From an uncultured Gammaproteobacteria bacterium (GTDB lineage Bacteria; Patescibacteriota; Patescibacteriia; UBA1558; 2-01-FULL-52-15), in contig CAZIOU010000001.1 of the NCBI GenBank assembly GCA_964540995.1, positions 6,742-70,741 of the forward strand: a DNA stretch of 64,000 bases, in the 5' to 3' direction. The position numbers and the translations under genes were made by a program. Shown here piece by piece: positions 18,457 through 27,162 of this stretch. The first letter of the stretch is position 1, and every line of letters starts with the position of its first letter. Below the pieces are notes generated by a model that did no database searches, was not told where the DNA came from, and saw only the letters and a list, made by a program, of their open reading frames with translations.

Positions 18457-18996
18457 ATGTTTCTCACTGTGCATGCTACCTTCGGAGCGCTCGTCGCTAC
18501 CCAGACTCCAGGATTAGGAATGGCCTTTGTTGGTGGTTTCCTATCACATTTTCTTCTCGATTTCATCCCTCATGGAGATGAGAAAGTAGGGCAGTGGATC
18601 CTATCTCATAAGAAGAAGTTTATCCTCTTGGCTGGCGCTGATATAACTATTACGGCTTTTATGACGATTGTCATCGCTTCGATAGCCCTAAGCCGTGGTG
18701 ATAACGTGATGAATATACTTTTTGGTATGTTTGGTGCGGTGTTGCCGGACTTTTTGTCTATGGCCTTTCCAGAATTACACCAATTATTCCGTCGCAATAT
18801 TATTATCGACAGCTCATATAAGTTATTACGAGCTTTATCAGTGGCGCAGCTGGTAGCAGTTATCAACGGAATCCATCACCGCATTCACGGTTTCTTCTTG
18901 CGTCGCTATGGTTTCAAATTTTCATTACAAAACGGCTTGCTGTTGCAATCCGTATTCTTGGGGGTGGTGATGTATGTGTTGTTAGGCAGATTGTAG
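18457..18996 (+). CDS. Membrane protein, metal-dependent hydrolase-like
   Basis: N-terminal H, SHFLLDFIPH, LPD, IHHRIH and TM helices. Confidence 0.75.
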   Translation: MFLTVHATFGALVATQTPGLGMAFVGGFLSHFLLDFIPHGDEKVGQWILSHKKKFILLAGADITITAFMTIVIASIALSRGDNVMNILFGMFGAVLPDFLSMAFPELHQLFRRNIIIDSSYKLLRALSVAQLVAVINGIHHRIHGFFLRRYGFKFSLQNGLLLQSVFLGVVMYVLLGRL

Positions 18997-19001
18997 CAGC
19001 G

Positions 19002-19114
19002 GTGCTCGGGGCTCGTCACTTGGTGCTCGGAAGTCGGTGTCCGGATTCCGGGTAGCGGATCCCTGACCCCTCTTTCTTCTCCTCCCAAGTACCTAGTAAC
19101 GAGTTCCGAGTACC
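19002..19114. repeat. GC-rich heptamer-periodic repeat
   Basis: ggtgctc ggggctc gtcactt ggtgctc ggaagtc ggtgtcc ggattcc gggtagc ggatccc with a complementary arm. Confidence 0.85.
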
Positions 19115-21210
19115 TATCTTTTTATTGCCAACTGATACACTTGTGACCCGTTGAGTAAGTAGACGATCTTTTCTTCGCTATCAATGGCGAAGCTTTTCAA
19201 ATTATCAAATTTAGGTGAGGTGAATTGGTCTTTGATATTGCCATTCTTATCCATGATGGCGACGCGTTTATTGGCTGGGTCAAGAATATAGAGCAAATCC
19301 GAATTCTTAGTCGTCATGATCTGGCTGCCAGCACCGAAGGTGGGGAGAGGACGTTGATAGTCGAAGGGCTGTCTCTGGCCTTTGAATAGCTTCACAATAG
19401 TACCTTGATCATCGATCAGCCAGATATTGCCATCGATAGTGATGCTTTGGGTCTTGGCAACCAGCGATTGATCTTGTAGCCAGACTGTTCCGTTACCAAA
19501 TTTACTGCCACTGGTGTCACCACTATTTTTGTAAATAGCACCGCTGATGTGATCGACAACATAGAGATTATCGCCATAGAGCAGTGCTTGATCAATGGCT
19601 TGCATACCGGCATTCCACGTAATAGTAGAAGGAGCAACAGTGGCGCCATTGATAGTCTGGATTTGTCGGTCATTGAGTAATACGAGTGTGCCGTTGCTGG
19701 TATTGAAGAGATAGCCGGTGGTTAGCGGTTGAGTCAGGATTTGTTTGGCCGGTTCGTCAAGTTTGTAGACACCTTGAGCTCCAGAGACATAAGCAGCGCT
19801 ACCGATAAGGGCGAGATGCTTAAATTCTTGGTTGAGACTGGTCAGATCGCGATAGAGTAGTGGTGACTCGACCACATTGATATGGCGTACTTCATTGAGT
19901 TGTCGACCGATCTTCTCGCGTAAATCATTGAGTTGTTTCTGTTGATTACCATCAGCCGGTGACAATTGGTTTAATTTGGTAATCATATCGACGAGGATGC
20001 TTTCGGCTTTCTTGTCGTCTTTGTAGACACGACTGGAGTCTACATCGGATTGCATGGTTCCTAGCTCGGCCAACGTCTCACTGTAGGCTCGGTATTGTTT
20101 GTTAACCTGTAGATCTTGGCCGCGATAGATAATGACATTGAGGATTATCAAGAGGAATATGAAGCAGGCGGTGATCAGCCAACGATGGGTCCAATGTTTC
20201 TCCTTGAAGCTACTATGGAGTGTATCGACGTGAGATTCGAGGCGATTCCATTGGCGATGACTCGCTTCGTTACGATAGCTAGGTTTGGTAGCGAAGTGGA
20301 AGGATTGGATAGCAGTACGAAACACTCCCACGAAGAAGGCGCCAACAAGTTGGAGATAGATCCAAGCATGGACGAAGAAGAAACGGAGTGCCCAACCCAT
20401 ACCTTGGAGTACGGAGTTGGAGATTGGTACTCGGTCCGGACGCCTTGCAGGGATGCGTTGAGTCGGACGATTGGCTTGTTTAGCAGCCGGATTAGTGTTT
20501 CGTGCTGCTACTCGCTGCGTCGTGGCGATGCGCGGGGCCTCTGGTAAGGATTCTTCCTCTTGTCCCTTGAGTACGACCGCTCCGAAGCTGACGAAGCGAG
20601 GTACTTGCTCAAGTAGAAGCTCGAATTTTTCAATTGCTTCAGTAGTAGAGCCAGAAGCGACTATTTGACGTATTTTGATCTCCGAAACATAGTCAGTCAG
20701 CGATGGGGTAGTGAAGAGTAACGTGTCGTCTTCATCCAGATCACCGCTGGTGCAGCTGGAGAAAAGTTTCAAAGGATTTATAACTTTACTGGGTGGGGAG
20801 ACCAAGGTGAAGGCATTGTCATGGAGGATCCAAGCAGCCATCTGGCCGAGGTGTGCGAAGTGTGTCTCACGATCAGCAATGATCGCCACCATGAGATTGA
20901 GCTGTTCGAGCCAACGAGTGTTTTTCTTGGGAGTGATGTGCGGCAACAAGTAGTTGAGTTGCTCTAGAATTTTCTCCAAAGACTGTTCGGGTGGGAGGTT
21001 GGTCGTTTTCAGAAACCACTCATTACATTCTTGACTGATGGCGTCGACTAGATATGACTGATCGAAGCGTGGCAAACGGGCGAAATCAGCAATAACCACC
21101 AAGCGACGTAAGTGGCGGGGGTCGCTCTGAAAGATGCTAATATCACAATGACTCCGGCTGGCGCTGGGGTCATGGATATATAATTTGGCAAGAGAAATGG
21201 GTACAGTCAT
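19114..21210 (-). CDS. Membrane protein: degenerate PP2C-like N-domain, TM, C-terminal beta-propeller
   Basis: HFAHLGQMAAW and DDTLLFTTPSL align to PP2C motifs; NHL-like repeats LYVVD, IDGNIW, LYILDPANKRVAIMD. Confidence 0.7.
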   Translation of the reverse strand: MTVPISLAKLYIHDPSASRSHCDISIFQSDPRHLRRLVVIADFARLPRFDQSYLVDAISQECNEWFLKTTNLPPEQSLEKILEQLNYLLPHITPKKNTRWLEQLNLMVAIIADRETHFAHLGQMAAWILHDNAFTLVSPPSKVINPLKLFSSCTSGDLDEDDTLLFTTPSLTDYVSEIKIRQIVASGSTTEAIEKFELLLEQVPRFVSFGAVVLKGQEEESLPEAPRIATTQRVAARNTNPAAKQANRPTQRIPARRPDRVPISNSVLQGMGWALRFFFVHAWIYLQLVGAFFVGVFRTAIQSFHFATKPSYRNEASHRQWNRLESHVDTLHSSFKEKHWTHRWLITACFIFLLIILNVIIYRGQDLQVNKQYRAYSETLAELGTMQSDVDSSRVYKDDKKAESILVDMITKLNQLSPADGNQQKQLNDLREKIGRQLNEVRHINVVESPLLYRDLTSLNQEFKHLALIGSAAYVSGAQGVYKLDEPAKQILTQPLTTGYLFNTSNGTLVLLNDRQIQTINGATVAPSTITWNAGMQAIDQALLYGDNLYVVDHISGAIYKNSGDTSGSKFGNGTVWLQDQSLVAKTQSITIDGNIWLIDDQGTIVKLFKGQRQPFDYQRPLPTFGAGSQIMTTKNSDLLYILDPANKRVAIMDKNGNIKDQFTSPKFDNLKSFAIDSEEKIVYLLNGSQVYQLAIKR

Positions 21211-21296
21211 AACGACACTATTTTAGCATTTTTTTCCTTTTTGGCCTAGTAATTCCTAGTAGCCAAGAGCAGAAAGTGGTACAATAATCCCGTTCT

Positions 21297-21854
21297 ATGT
21301 TGAAATTACTTTTTGGCTCGACTTTGCGAGCGGGATTGGTACAATTTTTTATTCAAGAGAACCCCGGACCAGTGACGGTTGAGATTTTGGCTCGTCGTTT
21401 GCGCTGCACGACGCGCAAAGTCATGCCTGAATTAGTCTCACTCGAGACAATGGGCTTCGTGATCAAAGTGACAGCCGAAGGTAAGAAAGCTTGGGCTTTG
21501 AATCGGGACTTTCCGTTGTTACCAGAATTCAAATCTCTGATCTATAAGTCATTGATGTTGATGGAGAAAAATCTGGCTTCGTCCCTGGCCACGGTCAAAG
21601 GCGTACAGCTGCTGGTACTGACCGGTATTTTCAATGGCACCGATGTACCAACAGATATTTTCGTCGTTGGGACCGTGGATAAATCGTCCATCCAGCGAGC
21701 TATCAATAAGATTGCTGGAGAATTTCAAGACAGTTTACGCTTTACAGTTTTTAGCAAATCAGAATTTGCCTATCGTCGCAGTATGACTGATAAATTTGTC
21801 TATCAGGTGATGAATCTCAACCCAATCGTGGTAGTCAATAAATTGAACAAATAA
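21297..21854 (+). CDS. Winged-helix plus degenerate nucleotidyltransferase-like protein
   Basis: MLKLLFGS..R, ELVSLETMG, LVLTGIF...TDIFVVG. Confidence 0.7.
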   Translation: MLKLLFGSTLRAGLVQFFIQENPGPVTVEILARRLRCTTRKVMPELVSLETMGFVIKVTAEGKKAWALNRDFPLLPEFKSLIYKSLMLMEKNLASSLATVKGVQLLVLTGIFNGTDVPTDIFVVGTVDKSSIQRAINKIAGEFQDSLRFTVFSKSEFAYRRSMTDKFVYQVMNLNPIVVVNKLNK

Positions 21855-21855
21855 G

Positions 21856-22263
21856 ATGAAGTCAGCCGTACTCATTATTAGACCGACCAGCGATAATCTA
21901 CTCTACGTCTATACCTTGCGACAGAACGCTCTAAGAAGTGTCTGTGTCTCGGCACCCAAATTGGACTTAGCGCTCCTGCCCTTGGTAGACAAAGTACTGA
22001 AACAGTCTCAGCTCAAATCATCTCATATTACAGCTATTGGCCTGGTGCAGTCGCCCATGAGTCTAGCCTCGCAGCGTCTGGCGGTTTCGGTGGTTAATTC
22101 CTTAGCTTGGGCTTGGGGCATCAAAGTATTTGCTCATCATGGCGATGTCACTGCTGCCGCCATTACCAAGAGCTTGAAGAAAGCTAAGAAAGGCTTTTTA
22201 CAGGGGGAATATAGTTCGGAGCCGAGGATTGGAGCTGATCTATCTAAATTGAAGTCGAACTAA
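21856..22263 (+). CDS. Short TsaB-like protein
   Basis: LLPLVDKVLK...ITAIGLVQSPMS...RLAVSVVNSLAWA...YSSEPRI. Confidence 0.65.
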   Translation: MKSAVLIIRPTSDNLLYVYTLRQNALRSVCVSAPKLDLALLPLVDKVLKQSQLKSSHITAIGLVQSPMSLASQRLAVSVVNSLAWAWGIKVFAHHGDVTAAAITKSLKKAKKGFLQGEYSSEPRIGADLSKLKSN

Positions 22264-22284
22264 AGAAGGTAAAATAAGTTTTTT

Positions 22285-23229
22285 ATGGAGCTAAATTCAA
22301 CCTACGGTATCTATCTGAGCTTGTTAATAGTGATCCTAGTTATTGTAGCTGTAACCGGCGTACTTAGAACGAAAAAACGAATGTCATCTAAAGAAGTAGC
22401 TCTGCATCTGGTCAAAGATTTTTTTGACCTACTATTTGCGGTTGCATCGCCTATCGTTATCACTTTTGCTTACCTTGCTCCCTATACATCATCTGAAGTC
22501 GGAATGGGAATTTTAGTTTATGTCTCTCAATGTGTAATTGCAATTTTTGTATTATTGCTGGCAACCCCTTTTACCATAGATCGTTTTTTAAAAAAGGCAA
22601 AAACACTAAGTAATTTAGCTATAAGGATAGCAATTTTAGTATTATTAGTTATTATCATTGCCTGCTTTGCTTATTACCAAGCCAGCACCAAGAAAGCCCA
22701 ATATGATAATTTTGTGCAGCAGCAAAATGCTGCCTATGAGCTAAAGAGCAAAAACGAATTAAATGTGCTTAATCAAGCCCAGGTAGTAGCTGATTGCCAA
22801 TCACTTTCCTCGGATTATTACTGGCGCGAATGTATTACTAAGACAGTAAAGACAGATACTGATTTTAAGACTTGTAAAAGTCAAAAAATGAGTAGCACAT
22901 ATTTTTGTGCAGCCGCTTTGGCGAAGAAAACGCATGACATTAGCATATGTGACAACCAACTAGATATTAAAACTCGATATATGTGCGTACTCCATTCTTA
23001 TATTTGGAGTTCGTACGAATCTAATCAGATTCTTGAATGTGAGGGGATGCGGAGCTCAGATCAACAATATAGTCAGTGTTTAGTTAGTATTACCAAAGAT
23101 CCTCAAATCGCTAATCAGGGGCTGGGTTTCCAGTCCAAAGTATGTTTGGATTTTCTAGAAGTGAAAACGTTAGATGCAAATTCTCAGAAGGTATTTCACA
23201 GGTACTGTGACACCTTCCAACCTTTGTAA
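22285..23229 (+). CDS. Multi-TM protein with Cys-rich extracellular repeats
   Basis: 4 TM helices followed by regularly spaced Cys pairs; AT-rich. Confidence 0.75.
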   Translation: MELNSTYGIYLSLLIVILVIVAVTGVLRTKKRMSSKEVALHLVKDFFDLLFAVASPIVITFAYLAPYTSSEVGMGILVYVSQCVIAIFVLLLATPFTIDRFLKKAKTLSNLAIRIAILVLLVIIIACFAYYQASTKKAQYDNFVQQQNAAYELKSKNELNVLNQAQVVADCQSLSSDYYWRECITKTVKTDTDFKTCKSQKMSSTYFCAAALAKKTHDISICDNQLDIKTRYMCVLHSYIWSSYESNQILECEGMRSSDQQYSQCLVSITKDPQIANQGLGFQSKVCLDFLEVKTLDANSQKVFHRYCDTFQPL

Positions 23230-23315
23230 GTTTTTAAATTTAAGAAGCTGGGTTGCTCCTAAATACAGTGCTGCGCCGAGGATTGGGTAGAAGAGGGGAG
23301 AGATTGCAAATTTAA

Positions 23316-23444
23316 TTGGCCTCTGGCCGAGAAATTAGGTATCCGCGATCCGGACCCCGGATAGCGGATACCGACTTCCGAGCACCGAGTCGCCCGCCCG
23401 ACCGCGAAGACGCGTCGAGTCGGGCAGGCGAGTCCCAAGTACCC
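23316..23444. repeat. GC-rich heptamer repeat (inverted copy of the 13915 element)
   Basis: Shares ggcctctggccgag and the gcccgcccgaccgcgaagacgcgtcgagtcgggcaggc core. Confidence 0.85.
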
Positions 23445-23533
23445 TCTGCCAACATTGACATAGTCCCCAAACTATGTTATTTTAATTTATTCCAAATTTT
23501 TTTGGCTGTTCTCTCACAAATAAAGGAGTATAT

Positions 23534-24046
23534 GTGAATAAGGTTTATGTTATCCTTCGCGGTCTGCCGGGAGCCGGCAAGACTACCTTGGCCGAACTTT
23601 TGGCCAAGCATCTGAACGCTATGGTCGCCAGCGCCAACCATTTCTTCGAACAGAGCGGAACGTTTATCTTTGACCGTACCAAATTGGGTGCGGCGCATGC
23701 CTTCTGTTTCGCGGAATTCAAAAGCGCTTTGGATCAGGGCCAGTCTGTTATCGTTGATAACACCAATTCGACTAAGGCCGAGTATCTGCCGTACATGGCG
23801 TGTGCCGCATTGGCAGGTTATAAGGTTGTCATTTTCGAGATCAACGCAGCCGAAAGGCATTTGCCTCATTTGTTCTTCACTCGCGGCACCCATAATGTGC
23901 CGCTGATCACTTTTGACAACATGTGGTGTCGCTGGGAAAAGGATTCGGGGGCCGTGATGATCAACTGGGATGATTTCCATCCCGATCATCCGCTGCCGGA
24001 AAAGATTCTGAACGCACTCAATAAGGGAGGTGACGATGCTTCGTAA
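23534..24046 (+). CDS. AAA_33/N4BP2-like P-loop kinase
   Basis: ILRGLPGAGKTT, VIVDNTN, RGTHNVP; AAGGAG SD. Confidence 0.88.
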   Translation: MNKVYVILRGLPGAGKTTLAELLAKHLNAMVASANHFFEQSGTFIFDRTKLGAAHAFCFAEFKSALDQGQSVIVDNTNSTKAEYLPYMACAALAGYKVVIFEINAAERHLPHLFFTRGTHNVPLITFDNMWCRWEKDSGAVMINWDDFHPDHPLPEKILNALNKGGDDAS

Positions 24047-24593
24047 TATCGTACTGCTTTTGATCACCGCTCTGTTCTCTGGTTGCGGTCAGGATTGTCC
24101 GACAGTCACCAAACCGTCGGAACCGCAGCTCGTCTTCCGCAACATGGAGGAGAGTCTGACTTTCATGGGGCAGCCCACGCTGACGCTGGTCGACGGTCGT
24201 ACCGCTTCCGCCGTCAGTTACTGGCAGGAGTTCTACAGTCCTGATGACCATCACATTGGTGGCAAGATCTATTGTGTCATCATCTGGGATGATCATGGTC
24301 AGCGTCTGGCTGAATCCTACGGCATCTACTGCGGTGGATTCGAGCTGAAGCCAGATCTGGGTGAAGTGGACTTCAACGCTTTGATTCACGACTTCGGGAA
24401 TGAGATGAGTCGTATGAGTAAGGTCGAGGTTTTTCTCCAGGCTCATATGCCTGATTTCCAGATTTCCGATCAGCCCCATTTCTACGTCAGGTATCATGCG
24501 GTACTATTCAATACCCTGCCCAACGATTTTCTGGTCGGTTGTGCCCTTCGCAGCGGCGATACCAATAATCCTGCTGCTGGTTGCGGTCCGTAG
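24036..24593 (+). CDS. Putative lipoprotein or secreted protein
   Basis: MLRNIVLLLITALFSGC lipobox-like signal; GGAGG SD. Confidence 0.65.
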   Translation: MLRNIVLLLITALFSGCGQDCPTVTKPSEPQLVFRNMEESLTFMGQPTLTLVDGRTASAVSYWQEFYSPDDHHIGGKIYCVIIWDDHGQRLAESYGIYCGGFELKPDLGEVDFNALIHDFGNEMSRMSKVEVFLQAHMPDFQISDQPHFYVRYHAVLFNTLPNDFLVGCALRSGDTNNPAAGCGP

Positions 24594-24618
24594 GTACTCA
24601 AACCGAAGGAGCTAAGTC

Positions 24619-25113
24619 ATGGGTCTGATCGAGTTGGTAAAAATGCCAGTCGCCATCACCATGTTGACCGATGCACTGGAGTGGGTTTTCCCCAAACTTC
24701 AGCACCTGCGTGATCTTGAGTCTGGAGCTTATGGAGGCTATTTCAGCGTTCGGGATCACTTCACGGGTGAGATGATCTTCGTCAGCGGTGTCGGGTGTGT
24801 CTTGGCGGAGAAGGCCGAGGAGGATTTTCGTCTTTCTTTGGAAAATTCGGCACGTCTGTTCCAGAACCCTGACCATGCTAGTAGCTCGCAAAGCCGGCAG
24901 CCGGATCAGAAACAGTGTGCCGGTGCCGTCAGGACGGTAGGTGGTCTCATTTCCTTCGCTGGGTTATCCGGAGATGATCAGAACGAGGTTTTGGTCCTGG
25001 CGGTAGGTCACAAATCAGGACTGCTCCGTCTGCCTGACGCGCGATACATCGCGAGTCTCTCGGGCAATCAGCTGTTCGAAGCTGCCTTCGACTATTTACA
25101 CCTGAACGGCTGA
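24619..25113 (+). CDS. Hypothetical protein, possibly GlcG/HbpS-like fold
   Basis: AGAVRTVGGLISFAGLSGDDQNE; AAGGAG SD. Confidence 0.55.
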   Translation: MGLIELVKMPVAITMLTDALEWVFPKLQHLRDLESGAYGGYFSVRDHFTGEMIFVSGVGCVLAEKAEEDFRLSLENSARLFQNPDHASSSQSRQPDQKQCAGAVRTVGGLISFAGLSGDDQNEVLVLAVGHKSGLLRLPDARYIASLSGNQLFEAAFDYLHLNG

Positions 25114-25126
25114 TCAAGTTAGCACA

Positions 25127-25168
25127 CCCCCGTCATCGAGCTGAGCTCGATGACGGGGGATTTTTTTA
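25127..25168 (+). terminator. Intrinsic terminator
   Basis: cccccgtcatcgagc/gctcgatgacggggg followed by a T-tract. Confidence 0.85.
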
Positions 25169-25179
25169 AATTGCAATTA

Positions 25180-25290
25180 GTTACTTGATGCTCGGAAATC
25201 GCTATCCGATATCTAGGGTTTGCGATCCGGATACCGGGTAGCTGATAGCGTTCTTTAACGAGCCCCAAGTTGCGAGTACCAAGTACCACC
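25180..25290. repeat. Heptamer-periodic repeat
   Basis: gttactt gatgctc ggaaatc gctatcc ... gagcccc aagttgc gagtacc aagtacc. Confidence 0.75.
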
Positions 25291-25359
25291 CTTATTAATT
25301 GACAATAATGTCAAAAGTAATCCTAGCAATGTGGATCACCGTGGTTGAAAAATAGAACC

Positions 25360-25403
25360 AAGTGGTATATAATGGTACCAAGTGGGAGAAAGTGGGGATA
25401 AGT
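25360..25403 (+). promoter_or_regulatory. MraZ operator repeats
   Basis: AAGTGG-type boxes at 10-bp spacing upstream of mraZ, overlapping TATAAT. Confidence 0.75.
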
Positions 25404-25429
25404 ATACGCTTATGTGTATAACTTTGACC

Positions 25430-25466
25430 CTCCTAACTCCTAACTCCTAACTCCTAACTCCTAACT
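25430..25466. repeat. (CTCCTAA)5 tandem repeat
   Basis: Direct reading. Confidence 0.9.
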
Positions 25467-25475
25467 TCACTTCCT

Positions 25476-25907
25476 GTGTTTATTGGCGAGTATCAGTATA
25501 ATCTTGATGATAAGAATCGCTTAATGGTGCCAGCGAAATTTCGAGCGAAACTTGGCAAAGGAGCAGTAGTGACCAGAGGCTTGGATAATTGTTTATTTAT
25601 CTATCCGCAAGCAGAGTGGCTGAAGTTATCAGGTAAAATTTCTGATCTACCTATCGGACAAGCTAAGTCTCGCGCTTTCGCCCGTTTGATGTTATCGGGA
25701 GCGATGGAAGTAGAATTTGATGGCCAAGGACGTATTACCTTACCAGAGTATTTGAAGAAGTTCGCAGGACTCAAGAAAGCTGTCGTAATGGCGGGATTGA
25801 TGAACCGATTGGAAATCTGGGATGAAGCCAAGTGGCGTAAGTATCAGACAGAGACGGAGCGAGATAGTACCGATATTGCCGAAAATCTGGGAAGTCTAGG
25901 AGTCTAA
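25476..25907 (+). CDS. mraZ: Division/cell wall cluster regulator MraZ
   Basis: MFIGEY..LDDKNRL, DGQGRI, RLEIWD. Confidence 0.97.
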   Translation: MFIGEYQYNLDDKNRLMVPAKFRAKLGKGAVVTRGLDNCLFIYPQAEWLKLSGKISDLPIGQAKSRAFARLMLSGAMEVEFDGQGRITLPEYLKKFAGLKKAVVMAGLMNRLEIWDEAKWRKYQTETERDSTDIAENLGSLGV

Positions 25908-26845
25908 TGGACGAGTATCAGCACATTTCAGTTATGGTGCCCGAAGTCCTGCACTATCTGCAGGTCGGACCGGACAAGAATTATATTGATGGAACGGTCG
26001 GAGGTGGAGGGCACGCAGCTGCAATTTTAGAATCAACTGGACCGCAAGGAAAAGTGTTAGGGTTAGATCTTGACCCTCGAGCCATTGCCGCGGCTTCGAG
26101 TCGGTTACAGCCGTTTGGCGCGCGAGCGATAGTGCGCCGTGAAAATTACAAACAAATAACAAAACTATCAGATGCTATCAGCGCAATTACTCCAATTAGC
26201 GGTTTTCTACTTGACCTTGGTGTTTCCTCGGCTCAATTAGATTCCGCTAATCGGGGTTTTTCCTTTTCTGATCAGGGCCCATTGGATATGCGCTTCGATC
26301 CAGAAGCAGGAGAGACAGCCGCTCAGCTCATGGCCAGAGTTTCGGAAGCAGAGTTAGGAGAGATTATCCGAGATTATGGTGATGAACGGCAGTGGCGCCG
26401 AATTGCTCGATCTTTGAAACAAGCTAGTGATCAGTATGGTGAAGCGTTAGACGCTCCACAGATCGTGGCAGCTGTCAGTAAAGTTATCCCGACCCGTATC
26501 ACCAAGTTGCATCCTGCTACCAAGACGTTCCAGGCTTTACGCATCGCTACCAATAGAGAATTACAGAATATTACGGAAGCCTTACCAACCATAGTTGAGT
26601 TATTGCCTTCCGGTGCGCGCTTGGTAGTGATCGCCTTTCATTCAGCCGAGGATCGGATTGTCAAACACTGGTTCCGACGTGAGTCACGCGATTGTGTCTG
26701 TCCTTCGAGTCAGCCGCGCTGCACCTGTGATCATAAGGCCTCACTTAAAGTTATTACCAAGAAAGCTGTCCTGCCGACAGCAGCCGAAATTAAAATCAAT
26801 CATCGTAGCCGCAGTGCTGTGCTACGAGCAGTAGAAAAAATTTAA
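25907..26845 (+). CDS. rsmH: 16S rRNA m4C1402 methyltransferase
   Basis: DGTVGGGGH, DLGVSS, PLDMR, FQALRI, FHSAEDRIVK. Confidence 0.97.
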   Translation: MDEYQHISVMVPEVLHYLQVGPDKNYIDGTVGGGGHAAAILESTGPQGKVLGLDLDPRAIAAASSRLQPFGARAIVRRENYKQITKLSDAISAITPISGFLLDLGVSSAQLDSANRGFSFSDQGPLDMRFDPEAGETAAQLMARVSEAELGEIIRDYGDERQWRRIARSLKQASDQYGEALDAPQIVAAVSKVIPTRITKLHPATKTFQALRIATNRELQNITEALPTIVELLPSGARLVVIAFHSAEDRIVKHWFRRESRDCVCPSSQPRCTCDHKASLKVITKKAVLPTAAEIKINHRSRSAVLRAVEKI

Positions 26846-26851
26846 ACAACG

Positions 26852-27157
26852 ATGAATACAAAAACAAAAATGTCAGTCCCAGTGGTCCGTCTCAATGTCG
26901 CCGTGGTGGCCTTGGTCGTGGCCTCCTTCTTATTGCGCTTGATCTTTGCCAATATGGCAGCGGCGCAAACCAATGATATCGCTGATCAACAGGATCAAGT
27001 CAAAGATTTGCAGCTAGCCAATGAGCAATTGCAATTAAGCGTAGCCGAATTACGTTCCGTCGAACGCTTGAATCAGGTCAGTAGTGAATTGGCTTTGGTT
27101 CACAGCGATCACGTCATTTACCTCCAGCCACGAGGTTCCGTGGCTTATAACCGCTAG
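26852..27157 (+). CDS. ftsL: FtsL-like cell division protein
   Basis: TM plus coiled coil, located between rsmH and the PBP gene. Confidence 0.65.
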   Translation: MNTKTKMSVPVVRLNVAVVALVVASFLLRLIFANMAAAQTNDIADQQDQVKDLQLANEQLQLSVAELRSVERLNQVSSELALVHSDHVIYLQPRGSVAYNR

Positions 27158-27162
27158 ATCCC

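Noticed and set aside
17895-18474. Minus-strand ORFs 17902-18474 and 17895-18098
   Set aside because: These are antisense shadows. The promoter, SD and terminator support the plus-strand unit.
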